This document shows, piece by piece, positions 19,444 to 28,552 of a stretch of 64,000 bases of DNA. The stretch covers positions 223,497-287,496 of the forward strand of contig CAXXHG010000015.1 in NCBI GenBank assembly GCA_963666315.2, given 5' to 3'. A program made the position numbers and the translations under genes. The DNA comes from Candidatus Binatia bacterium. GTDB lineage: Bacteria; Desulfobacterota; Binatia; Bin18. How positions within the stretch are numbered: position 1 is the first letter of the stretch; every line of letters starts with the position of its first letter. The notes beneath the pieces are model-generated. The model saw only the letters and a program-made list of their open reading frames with translations. It was not told where the DNA came from and searched no databases.

Positions 19444-19701
19444 CTATCCGCGCACGCCACCCGCGAGCGGTGGGAAAATACTGAGTTCTGCACCATCCTC
19501 AAGAACGGTCTTCACCTCAACATAGGTATCACCCACAACCAGCATGCTTGCCTGTTCACGCGGGATTTTCACGGCATCAACGGCATCTTGGACGGTTGCT
19601 CCGGACGGGAGCGAAAGCAAAATTCCGTCACTACTCCCCTCCGGTACGTATTTCTTGAGCATGGCGAAGAGCTTGACCGTTATCGTAATCGAATCTGCCA
19701 T
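19444..19701 (-). CDS. MoaD/ThiS-family ubiquitin-like sulfur carrier
   Basis: VKLFAML...LEDGAELSIFPPLAGG followed by VRG; adjacent to moeB. Confidence 0.9.
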   Translation of the reverse strand: MADSITITVKLFAMLKKYVPEGSSDGILLSLPSGATVQDAVDAVKIPREQASMLVVGDTYVEVKTVLEDGAELSIFPPLAGGVRG

Positions 19702-19766
19702 ACCCGTCGTAGGTTAGCACGGCGTTGGCCGATTTCAGGCCTACCACGCGTTAGTCAGGCATAGAC

Positions 19767-20945
19767 CTAGGCCGCGTTCACCGCTCGTAGGCCACAGAAC
19801 TCTTCGTAGTCGATCAATTCTGTGATCTTTGGATTTTCACTACACACCAGACAGTTCGGATCCTTACGTAGTTTTAACACCCGAATTTCCGAACTCAGCG
19901 TATCAAAGTGCATCATGCGCCCAACGAGGGGCTTTCCAGCTCCAAGAATCATCTTAATCACTTCAAGCGCTTGCATGCAGCCGACGATTCCGGGTAATAC
20001 GCCGAGCACGCCTGCTTCAGCGCAACTTGGAGCTGCCCCTGGAGGCGGAGGCTCGGGAAACAAGCAGCGATAGCACGGCCCATCGTTCGGATCGACAACG
20101 GTCACCTGCCCCTCAAACTGGAAGATCGACCCGTCAACGAGGATCTTCTTGGTCATGACGCAGGCATCGTTAATCAGATATCGAGTGGGGAAGTTGTCAC
20201 ACCCGTTCACCACAATGTCAAAATCCTTGATGATGCGCATGACATTTTCAGACGAGAGACGCTCATTAAACTTGACAACGTTGACATCTGGGTTGAGCGC
20301 ATTCAGCGTCATCTCGGCCGACTCCACCTTAGGCATCCCCACCCGGTCGTTCGTGTGTAGGATCTGCCGTTGCAAATTACTCATATCGACGGTGTCATGA
20401 TCGACAATGCCTATCGTACCCACACCAGCGGCAGCCAGATACAACGCCACGGGCGAACCCAGGCCACCGGCTCCTACGCACAGCACTTTGGCATCAAGCA
20501 GTTTAGCCTGCCCTTGCTCACCAACTTCGGGCAGCGTAAAGTGGCGTGCGTAACGCGTCATTTGCTCCTGCGTAAACTGTCGGTCTGCGACCCATTTATA
20601 GCCCGCGTTCTTCCAAGCCGTGTATCCGTCCGACATGGAGGTCACATGTTCATAGCCCATTTCTTTAAGCGTGCGCGCGGCGATGAGCGAACGTACCCCG
20701 CCGGCACAGTAGGCGATAATCGGAGTACTTTTATCCGGTACCGTCTCCTCAATCCGCATTTCCAGAAATCCACGCGGGAGAGGCACTGCCCCTTCGAGGT
20801 GACCTTCACGGTATTCTTCGCGCTCCCGCACGTCGAGCAGCATTGGTTTTGCGCCGTTCCCCATTTGGGCCTTGACGTCGTCAATCGTGACTTCCGGCAC
20901 GATCTGTCTGGCGTCATCCATCAGTTCTTTATATGTTTTAGCCAT
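19767..20945 (-). CDS. moeB: Rhodanese-MoeB/ThiF fusion adenylyltransferase
   Basis: N-terminal rhodanese domain (LLDVRE...YCAGGVRS), then RYARH, VGAGGLG, SNLQRQ, CYRC and SCAEAGVLG. Confidence 0.93.
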   Translation of the reverse strand: MAKTYKELMDDARQIVPEVTIDDVKAQMGNGAKPMLLDVREREEYREGHLEGAVPLPRGFLEMRIEETVPDKSTPIIAYCAGGVRSLIAARTLKEMGYEHVTSMSDGYTAWKNAGYKWVADRQFTQEQMTRYARHFTLPEVGEQGQAKLLDAKVLCVGAGGLGSPVALYLAAAGVGTIGIVDHDTVDMSNLQRQILHTNDRVGMPKVESAEMTLNALNPDVNVVKFNERLSSENVMRIIKDFDIVVNGCDNFPTRYLINDACVMTKKILVDGSIFQFEGQVTVVDPNDGPCYRCLFPEPPPPGAAPSCAEAGVLGVLPGIVGCMQALEVIKMILGAGKPLVGRMMHFDTLSSEIRVLKLRKDPNCLVCSENPKITELIDYEEFCGLRAVNAA

Positions 20946-20974
20946 ACTCTGCCTCCGTACTTGATGAGACTCGG

Positions 20975-21583
20975 TTATGCGCCGGGAACACCACTTTTCT
21001 TCGCAAGTTGTTGATCCGCGGCCTGGTAACTCTCGAGCATCTCAACCATTAAAGCATCCCGGCCGCTCTCGGCGAGGGTGCGCGAGCGACCCATTAAGAC
21101 TTCTTTTGTTTCGACAAAATCTGCGCGTGAGTAGCCCCAGATACGCGGGTGGACAGCCGTGTCCATCCGAATCGCATCACACGGACAGGCTTCCACGCAC
21201 ATGCCGCAGTAAATGCAACGCAGGGTATCGATCTCGTAACGAAGCGGGAATTTTTCAACTTCAGGATCTGGATGCTCTCCTGCTTCGATGTGAATGCAAT
21301 TAGCCGGACAAGCAGTTGCACACAGGAAGCATGAGGTACAGCGTACAGAACCATCTTCTTTGAGCGTCAAGCGGTGACTGCCCCGATAGACGTCAGGATA
21401 GTGTTTGCGCTCTTCCGGGTATTGGACCGTATACGCGGCACGTTTCTCCTTCGCAAAACCTAGTGCGTGCAAAATATGCAGGGTCAAGTTTCGCCAAAAG
21501 TGTGAAGTTGTGACAATGAGACCACGTACGATCTCCGGGATATACAACCGCTCCCACCACGTCATTTCTTCTTTACGCTGCAT
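20975..21583 (-). CDS. nuoI: NADH-quinone oxidoreductase subunit I (stand-alone)
   Basis: TVQYPEE...YRGSHRL and two CxxCxxCxxxCP motifs (CTSCFLCATACP, CIYCGMCVEACP). Confidence 0.88.
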   Translation of the reverse strand: MQRKEEMTWWERLYIPEIVRGLIVTTSHFWRNLTLHILHALGFAKEKRAAYTVQYPEERKHYPDVYRGSHRLTLKEDGSVRCTSCFLCATACPANCIHIEAGEHPDPEVEKFPLRYEIDTLRCIYCGMCVEACPCDAIRMDTAVHPRIWGYSRADFVETKEVLMGRSRTLAESGRDALMVEMLESYQAADQQLAKKSGVPGA

Positions 21584-21676
21584 AATATCTCATCAGCCTC
21601 CGTATAATAGTGTTTTCTTTGCTATTACACCGAACTTCACTATTATGAGGCCACTGCGCTTTGTCAAGGCAGTTTT

Positions 21677-22324
21677 TTAATGGAGACGGGCTTTTCCGCC
21701 CCTGCCGCTTTCAGGCCAGCGCGTTTCGGTCAGCTTGAACTCCAAGATGTCCTTCAGACAGGCTGCCCGTTCGCCTAAAGTCGAAGCATTCAGTAAGCTT
21801 TGCTTTTCAATAGGCAGGAACTCGAGCTGAAAGGCAAAGAAGTTGATGAAGAGCGTGTCATCGATTCCCGGATCGGTCAGAAGCTTCTGGACAGCTTCCT
21901 TTTTTTGCAAATAGTCCTCAAGCAACCGGCCGAGTTCTTCTCGCCGACCGGAGGCAAGAGGGTCTGTTTTCTCCGGTAACCATTCGACGCGGGCCTGACG
22001 ATAATTTTTATCGTGGAATTCTTCTTGCACTCGATATTCACGCAGCCCCTGGAGTAGGATATTGAATCGTCCGTCCGGCAACGGCACGGTTTTGACCATC
22101 TTGCCTACACAACCAATCGGGAAAATAGGCGGATCTCCTTCGTACTGCTCTTGCCACTCCCCCCGTAACAAGACCATCCCCATCAAGGGCTGAGCAGTGC
22201 CGGCTATATCACGAACCATCTCGCGGTAACGCGACTCAAAGATGTGTAAAGGGAGCTGCACCTGGGGGAAGAGCACCACGTTGGGAAGCGGAAATACAGG
22301 GATAACGTCGGGCAGTTCTGACAC
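21677..22324 (-). CDS. LON peptidase substrate-binding (N-terminal) domain protein
   Basis: IPVFPLPNVVLFP..LPLHIFE.RYREMV and DGRFNILLQG motifs. Confidence 0.92.
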   Translation of the reverse strand: MSELPDVIPVFPLPNVVLFPQVQLPLHIFESRYREMVRDIAGTAQPLMGMVLLRGEWQEQYEGDPPIFPIGCVGKMVKTVPLPDGRFNILLQGLREYRVQEEFHDKNYRQARVEWLPEKTDPLASGRREELGRLLEDYLQKKEAVQKLLTDPGIDDTLFINFFAFQLEFLPIEKQSLLNASTLGERAACLKDILEFKLTETRWPESGRGGKARLH

Positions 22325-22403
22325 AATAGCCTCACTTTATTTAAAGCCTGGAGAAAGGCCCTCGCTGTGGCTGTTCCCCCCTACGGAGAACCGCCACAGC
22401 GCA

Positions 22404-23021
22404 CTAGGATATACTGAGTTCTTTCTGGAGCTGCACTACGGCAGGGCGTTGGGTTAAACGTACGATCCAAGCCGTGACACTCTTCAGCCGCGAGGGTAAC
22501 TCCACGCCCACCTGCGGCAAGTTCAACAGCCGAGGAATAAACGCGAGATCGGCTAACGAAAATTCCTCCACCAAATATTCTTGGCCGTTGAGTTGACGGT
22601 CAAGAAACTCGAGTACCCGGATTAAGTCGCCCTTATGGCGTTGCACGCGCTCTTGATCGATGAGGTCTTCCGACTTACGCAGTTCCGCATACAAGAGCCC
22701 ACACTGCACGGTAAAGGAATTATCAGCGAAGTCTTCAAACATGCGCACCCGCGCCCGGTCTGCGGAAGCCTCAGGCCGCAGTGAAGGATGCGGATATTCA
22801 TCGTCAAGATACTCGTTAATGAATGTCGAATCGTAAATGACCTCGTCATCATCAATGAGGACGGGAACTTTTCCATACGGGTTCAAACGCAGGAATTCCT
22901 GGGTGCGTTGTTCGTTTTTTGTTAAATCCACAAAGGTTTTATCATAGGCTAGGTCTTTTTCAGCCAGAACGAGGCGAACTTTTTGGCAGTATGGACTCAG
23001 GGGGAAATCGTATAGTTTCAT
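22404..23021 (-). CDS. Glutathione S-transferase family protein
   Basis: SPYCQKVRLVL.EK, LNPYGKVPVL, DS..INEYLDD and FSLADLA motifs. Confidence 0.93.
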   Translation of the reverse strand: MKLYDFPLSPYCQKVRLVLAEKDLAYDKTFVDLTKNEQRTQEFLRLNPYGKVPVLIDDDEVIYDSTFINEYLDDEYPHPSLRPEASADRARVRMFEDFADNSFTVQCGLLYAELRKSEDLIDQERVQRHKGDLIRVLEFLDRQLNGQEYLVEEFSLADLAFIPRLLNLPQVGVELPSRLKSVTAWIVRLTQRPAVVQLQKELSIS

Positions 23022-23086
23022 AGCGCTATTCTCCTATCTATTGCCATGGTAGTGTAATGAAAAATGGACAGGCTGGCAAATAAAAA

Positions 23087-24016
23087 ATGCTGCCGTCGGT
23101 CAGTTTTACAATGGCAGCCAGTCATGCCCACTCCATTGTGGGATACTTAGCCACTATGAGCCAACCCTCCTGTGCCATTACACAATTAGCGGGTATCAGG
23201 ATCGGGGATCCTGCGCCAACCCGCGTAATGGCTGTGCTGAATGCCAGCCCCGAGTCCTTCTATCAGGGCTCCATACACACCGACCCGAAGCAGCTCGCAC
23301 AGGCAGCTCAATCCATGGTAAGTGAGGGAGCAGATATCATCGATATTGGGGCTATGTCCACTGCCCCATACCTCAAAACGAACATTTCTGTTCACGAAGA
23401 AACACAACGGCTGGTCTGTGCCGTGGCGGAGGTTTCAGCGCAGGTTGCTGTCCCGATTTCTGCAGATACCAAACGCGCCCAGCCCGCCCAGGCTGCGTTA
23501 GCCGCCGGAGCCCGGATTATCAACGATATCAGCGGCCTCAAACATGACCCCGATATGGCCGCTGTCATTGCCCAATCCGGAGTGGGCGCAGTCATCATGG
23601 CCAGCGAATCCACCCCTCAGAGCGGACCGCCATTAGAAAGGATTCGCAAAGCTCTCATGGACAGCCTTGATATTGCTGAGCGTGCAGGAATCACAAAAGA
23701 CTCCATTGTCCTTGATCCTGGAATTGGATTTTTTCGTGAGCCCGGCATCCCGTGGGATGAGTGGGACTGCGCGGTGTTGCGTGAGCTCTCCGACTTACGC
23801 TCTCTGGGCTTTCCCCTGCTCGTTGGAGCGTCTCGCAAGTCGTTTATTGGCAAGATTCTTGCCCAGCCGAATACGCACGATCGACTGATCGGTTCGGTTG
23901 CATGTGCTGTGATTGCCGTGTTCAACGGCGCACACATCATTCGTGCTCATGATGTAAAGGAAACGGTTGAGGCGGTTCGGATGGCCGAACACTTGCGTCC
24001 AGCCAGCGTCTCTTAG
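23087..24016 (+). CDS. folP: Dihydropteroate synthase
   Basis: LNASPESF, GADIIDIG, ISADT, INDISG, LDPGIGF, GASRKSFIG and IRAHDV motifs; the true start is probably a later ATG. Confidence 0.92.
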   Translation: MLPSVSFTMAASHAHSIVGYLATMSQPSCAITQLAGIRIGDPAPTRVMAVLNASPESFYQGSIHTDPKQLAQAAQSMVSEGADIIDIGAMSTAPYLKTNISVHEETQRLVCAVAEVSAQVAVPISADTKRAQPAQAALAAGARIINDISGLKHDPDMAAVIAQSGVGAVIMASESTPQSGPPLERIRKALMDSLDIAERAGITKDSIVLDPGIGFFREPGIPWDEWDCAVLRELSDLRSLGFPLLVGASRKSFIGKILAQPNTHDRLIGSVACAVIAVFNGAHIIRAHDVKETVEAVRMAEHLRPASVS

Positions 24017-24660
24017 AGTATCAGCTCGCCCAATGTTTCCGGCGTGTCCACTAAGAATTCAGGCGGATGCATCTCAAATCCGTCTCGTCCAAAGCCCCAC
24101 GCCACGCCACACGTCGCTATGCCTGCCGCCCGGCCGGTTGCTACATCAATGCCGGAGTCACCGATCAGCACAGTTTGGGCCAAGACACGACGGGCCATCT
24201 TCTGGAGGGCAAACACCCCTGCCGGATCAGGCTTTCTTGTTTGCAGCGTATCGCCACCAATGACGGCGCTAAAATGCTCAGCAATGCCGAGCCCAGAGAG
24301 AATCGCAAGCGTTGGTTGCTCAGGCTTATTCGTCAACACCGATAAGAGAATTTCCTGATCAAGAGCAGCGCTCAGCAGTGGCTCGATACCCGGATACAAT
24401 CTCGTCTGTTCGAGCAGGTGCAGCGTGTAATAGTCCATGAAGATGTCAAAACCGTGCGAAATAAGTACCGCCCTTTCTAAGCCCAGAGCACGTTCAATCA
24501 ATACCCGGGCACCAAGCCCAATAAACCCTTCGACTTGGGCCATAGACAGCAACGGAAGGTCCAATTCCTGGAGCATATGATTGGTCGCTGCAGCAAGATC
24601 GGCCTTGGTGTCAACGAGCGTCCCATCCAGGTCAAAAATAAGATGACTGAAACGTGGCAT
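24013..24660 (-). CDS. HAD-family phosphatase (phosphoglycolate phosphatase-like)
   Basis: FDLDGTLVDT, LTNKP, RKPDP and IGDS..D motifs; start set to the ATG at 24660. Confidence 0.9.
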   Translation of the reverse strand: MPRFSHLIFDLDGTLVDTKADLAAATNHMLQELDLPLLSMAQVEGFIGLGARVLIERALGLERAVLISHGFDIFMDYYTLHLLEQTRLYPGIEPLLSAALDQEILLSVLTNKPEQPTLAILSGLGIAEHFSAVIGGDTLQTRKPDPAGVFALQKMARRVLAQTVLIGDSGIDVATGRAAGIATCGVAWGFGRDGFEMHPPEFLVDTPETLGELIL

Positions 24661-24718
24661 AAAAGAAAAAGGGCATGGAGAATTCCATGCCCTCATAGCT
24701 TATCTGAAAAAGAGAGAA

Positions 24719-25135
24719 CTATACTGAGAAAGAAGAGCCACACCCACAGGTCCGGGTCGCATTCGGGTTCACAAACTTAAACCCCGCCCCATGTAGGCCA
24801 TTCACATAATCCAGCATGGTTCCAGACACGTATTGAAGGCTGGTGGGATCAACAAAGAGTTTAACGCCGTCCTGCTCAACAATAATGTCATCCTCGCGCG
24901 GCGCAGCATCAAAGCCCAAGCTATACTGAAAGCCGGAGCAGCCACCGCCTACAACTGATACGCGCAGACCACCTTTCGGCTTTCCTTCTTTGGCCATGGT
25001 TTCTTTCACTTTTTCCACAGCCAGAACAGACAGAGACAAAGCCGGTCCGTCCTGGACTTGGGGCGCTGATTGAGTTGATGCACTCGGCTGTTGTAGTTCA
25101 TGATCCGCATGATCCGTTTGATTCAACTGGTCCAT
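24719..25135 (-). CDS. A-type Fe-S cluster carrier (ErpA/IscA/HesB family)
   Basis: GGGCSGFQY and NPNATRTCGCGSSF motifs. Confidence 0.95.
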   Translation of the reverse strand: MDQLNQTDHADHELQQPSASTQSAPQVQDGPALSLSVLAVEKVKETMAKEGKPKGGLRVSVVGGGCSGFQYSLGFDAAPREDDIIVEQDGVKLFVDPTSLQYVSGTMLDYVNGLHGAGFKFVNPNATRTCGCGSSFSV

Positions 25136-25302
25136 TATAGCCTCCTCGGCACAAAGTAGCTGTTTTCGCTCGATTTCTCGATTGATCTTCTTTCTAGCTT
25201 TCTAGATAGATAAGGTCTCTATTCTGGAGAGTCAATGCCTTTTGCACTTTTTACACTCTTTGCCCTTTTTGATTCCGGCTTTTTGTATGCTACCACGAAA
25301 CC

Positions 25303-26421
25303 GTGCCGCTCGAAAACGATATCCGCAACTACGCTGCAACCTTGGGCTTTCCCTTATGTGGATTTACGCGACTGACACGCTTACCCCGGGAAGAGTTTTT
25401 TACAGACTGGCTCGCCCAGGGCCACGCAGGAGGAATGGACTTTCTCGCGCGTGAACCCCAGCGTCGTATCGATCCTCATATTCCGTTTCCCGAAGCACGC
25501 AGCATCATATGCTTGGGATACCCGTACCTCCCGCCACTCCTCCCCTCGGTCGATTGGCAATCCGAGCTGCGTGGCCGGATCGCTGCGTATGCAACCGGAG
25601 CCGATTATCACGACGTTATCAAAAAGAAACTCTGGAAACTGATTGAATTCCTCAAAGGTCGAGAGCCGAACATCTGGGTTCGGCCCTATGTAGACACGGG
25701 CCCGTTACTGGAACGCGAGTGGGCCACTCGCAGCGGACTGGGTTGGTTCGGTAAGAATACGATGCTGCTCCATAAATCTATGGGTTCATGGTTTTTTTTG
25801 GCTGAGATTCTGGTCAGTCTCGGTCTCGAGGGAGAAGGTCTTCCCGGTGCCCACTGCGGCACATGTACACGCTGTCTGGATGACTGCCCGACAGATGCTT
25901 TAGAGACAGGCTATGTGCTGAAAGCCCCGCTGTGCATCTCGTATTTGACCATCGAACATCGCGGCCCTATTCCTCACGAACTTCGACCGAAAATGGGCAA
26001 CTGGATTTTTGGGTGTGACATTTGCCAAGACGTATGCCCCTGGAACGTGAAGTTCGGTCGGCCGCAAGCAGAGCTGGTGGATGAACTCTGCCCTTCTTTA
26101 CCTGCATTACTGCGCTTGGATGATGCCGGCTTCCGGGTCCGTTTCCGCCGCAGTGCCATCTGGCGGACCAAACGCCGTGGCCTGCTACGCAACGTCGCCA
26201 TTGCCCTGGGCAATAGTAAAAACCCGGAGGCCATTGGTCCACTGGAGACAGCTTTACACGACTCCGAGCCGTTGATTCGTGCTCATGCAGCTTGGGCGTT
26301 GGGACAATTGGAATGTCACTCAGCACTCAGACAGCATCTTGAGCGAGAAAAAGAGGCGCAGGTGAGAAGCGAGATTCTTATCGCGCTGGGCGAGGAGCCA
26401 GCTCCTCGCCTTGAATCCTGA
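25303..26421 (+). CDS. queG: Epoxyqueuosine reductase
   Basis: DYH, VDTGPLLER, GWFGKNT, CGTCTRC...CPT and GCDICQDVCPWN motifs; C-terminal HEAT repeats. Confidence 0.95.
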   Translation: MPLENDIRNYAATLGFPLCGFTRLTRLPREEFFTDWLAQGHAGGMDFLAREPQRRIDPHIPFPEARSIICLGYPYLPPLLPSVDWQSELRGRIAAYATGADYHDVIKKKLWKLIEFLKGREPNIWVRPYVDTGPLLEREWATRSGLGWFGKNTMLLHKSMGSWFFLAEILVSLGLEGEGLPGAHCGTCTRCLDDCPTDALETGYVLKAPLCISYLTIEHRGPIPHELRPKMGNWIFGCDICQDVCPWNVKFGRPQAELVDELCPSLPALLRLDDAGFRVRFRRSAIWRTKRRGLLRNVAIALGNSKNPEAIGPLETALHDSEPLIRAHAAWALGQLECHSALRQHLEREKEAQVRSEILIALGEEPAPRLES

Positions 26422-26433
26422 CCTGTTATGCAC

Positions 26434-26988
26434 TCATCCTACCTTCAACTTATCCCCACTAGCGCTTCCCCTACCGGTGGCAACCTGGTCCCGCATTTTC
26501 GATCCCCGCTCATAAAAGCGCGTGGCCCAAATGCCGCTGAAGGGTTCATTCTCGCCCGGCATACGCCAGGTCACGACCTTGGCAGATTCAAGCCTCAGCC
26601 CCACGAGGGCACGTGGCTGATCGAGCGTCTCAGTCAGATAATAATCGCCGGACTCCGCATCTACATAGCGAAGGGTGATGCGACGATAGACATCGCGCCA
26701 CTCATCGTCGTGACCGAGCGGATACAGGATGTCGGCCTTGCCTTCGACTAATACCTTGCGGTAGACGCCTTGTTCTTCATCAATCGCGATTGCAATGCGC
26801 GGGTCTCTCTGGATATTGGCCCAAAAAGCAGAATACTTGCGTGGGGTGATAATGATTTTTCCCTCCTCGTAGACAAACCACACCGGCACCGCACTAGGAC
26901 TCCCATCTTCTTGGAGCGTTGCGATCCGGGCGATGTGGCCACGCTCTTGAAGAAAAGCATCACGTTCTTCGAGTTTGAGTTTTGGCAT
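26434..26988 (-). CDS. Pyridoxamine 5'-phosphate oxidase-like (PPOX, possibly F420-binding) protein
   Basis: IATLQEDGSP..VPVWF and NIQRDPRIA motifs. Confidence 0.85.
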   Translation of the reverse strand: MPKLKLEERDAFLQERGHIARIATLQEDGSPSAVPVWFVYEEGKIIITPRKYSAFWANIQRDPRIAIAIDEEQGVYRKVLVEGKADILYPLGHDDEWRDVYRRITLRYVDAESGDYYLTETLDQPRALVGLRLESAKVVTWRMPGENEPFSGIWATRFYERGSKMRDQVATGRGSASGDKLKVG

Positions 26989-27072
26989 TAGTGCCTCCTT
27001 AGTCTAAAATTATTAACACTATATATTACATGATATAGTTGTCGTTCTCTCCTTCGGCACTGCTCTGAGCAG

Positions 27073-27144
27073 GCTTGACAGGCTCAGGGCGAACGGAGCG
27101 GGATGACGGTCTACGGGCCCGTTCGTGCTGCGCCCCGTCGAAGC
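27073..27144. repeat. Inverted pair of REP-like repeats
   Basis: GCTTGACAGGCTCAGGGCGAACGG ... CCGTTCGTGCTGCGCCCCGTCGAAGC, an imperfect inverted pair of a commonly seen intergenic repeat type. Confidence 0.65.
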
Positions 27145-27168
27145 AGGAACGGCCAGGGACGTATACTT

Positions 27169-28440
27169 TTAGAGTAGAAACAATGCTGCCGGGGATGCAG
27201 ACTCTTTTTTCTGCTTCCCCTGTACCTTGAGACTTTTCTGCTTCCCCTGTACCTTGAGACTTTTCTGCTTCCCCTGTACCTTGAGACTTTTCTTCTTTCT
27301 CAGCACAATCTTTCCGCCTCCTTGTGGTCGGGTAAACACACCGCGTTTCTGCATTAACCGGATCTGGGGCTCCAACACCTTTTCCTTGTACTCGGCATGC
27401 TGCATGGGCTTGCGTTTGAGCCAGAGGTTCTTGGGATAAATAGGCTGCTCGTAAATAAGCGCCAGCACTTCCGTTCGCAAATCCTTTATCCAGTTCATAA
27501 GCGGAGAGCGGTCGCGGAAGTCGCGTAGCGCTTCGATGTCAATCGCTCCCCCGCAGTACGACGACCCCGCGCCGTAATCATGCCGAGCGATAATCCGGCC
27601 TTTATAGTCCACAATCATCGAGTGACCACCAAAGGTATCCACCGGCAACTTGGAGTCGGGCAGGAGATAATACGTACCGAGATTTGGTGCCACCATATAA
27701 CACGTATTATCAAGCGCACGGGCACGGTTTTGGACTTCCCAGGCACCATTGCCCACATGGGGCTCAGGGAAAGCAGGTCGGCAGATGACCTCTGCGCCGT
27801 TCATAGCCAGGCCGCGTATCAGTTCAGGATAGGATCCTTCGTTGGCCATACACAGACCGATCTTTCCAATGTCGGTATCCGCTACGGGGAAAAAGGAATC
27901 CAGAGATTTTCCATGAATTCGAATCCAACGATCCCATACGTCGTGTGGGCATACCGAATGTTCAACCGGAAACAGGGGTGAATTCTTCCGATGGCGGAGG
28001 ATCAGCCGACCCTGGGGAGAAATGAGAAAGACACTATTAAAAAACATACCGGGAAACTCGGGCTCACGCGCCTTCGCGGTTGCCACCACATAGGCGTCAA
28101 ACTCCTTGGCCAACTTGCCCAGCACCTGCGTCTCAGGGCCGGGGATGTCGATAGCGATCTCTTCAGCGTATTTTTCGTGGTCCCAGTCAAACACCTCATC
28201 CGTAAAGCCTTGCAGTCCGCCCTCGGGTATCACAATCAAACGTACCGGCAGATCCAAGCTGGACAGCCAACGCGCCGCTGCACATATCTCGTGCAGATGC
28301 TCAAGATTCTCGGCAATCTGTTCTCGCTTCAGGACGCCTCGTACTGTTGGTGAGATCCCAACTGCCACGTATGGGTGCACTGCTTTGGGCATGCCCTTAC
28401 CTCCTGCTTTGTCTGGGGATATGATGTCGAACGATACCAT
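27169..28440 (-). CDS. Nitrilase-superfamily carbon-nitrogen hydrolase
   Basis: IPEG, FNSVFLI, HRK, PVADTDIGKIG and NRARALDNTCY motifs; the true start is probably MPKAVHPY (about 28392). Confidence 0.88.
   Translation of the reverse strand: MVSFDIISPDKAGGKGMPKAVHPYVAVGISPTVRGVLKREQIAENLEHLHEICAAARWLSSLDLPVRLIVIPEGGLQGFTDEVFDWDHEKYAEEIAIDIPGPETQVLGKLAKEFDAYVVATAKAREPEFPGMFFNSVFLISPQGRLILRHRKNSPLFPVEHSVCPHDVWDRWIRIHGKSLDSFFPVADTDIGKIGLCMANEGSYPELIRGLAMNGAEVICRPAFPEPHVGNGAWEVQNRARALDNTCYMVAPNLGTYYLLPDSKLPVDTFGGHSMIVDYKGRIIARHDYGAGSSYCGGAIDIEALRDFRDRSPLMNWIKDLRTEVLALIYEQPIYPKNLWLKRKPMQHAEYKEKVLEPQIRLMQKRGVFTRPQGGGKIVLRKKKSLKVQGKQKSLKVQGKQKSLKVQGKQKKESASPAALFLL
27207..27293. repeat. 27-bp tandem repeat x3.2 (KSLKVQGKQ)
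   Basis: TTTTCTGCTTCCCCTGTACCTTGAGAC at 27207, 27234 and 27261; perfect copies. Confidence 0.97.
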
Positions 28441-28552
28441 GACCGGCAGGCAGGTGAAAGGAGAAATGCCCTCTCCTGTCTGAATGGCCAGAAAAACTTC
28501 CCGCTAGATTTCTGTTCTTGTGAGAGAAAACCATCATTGAGAGAAGACCGGC

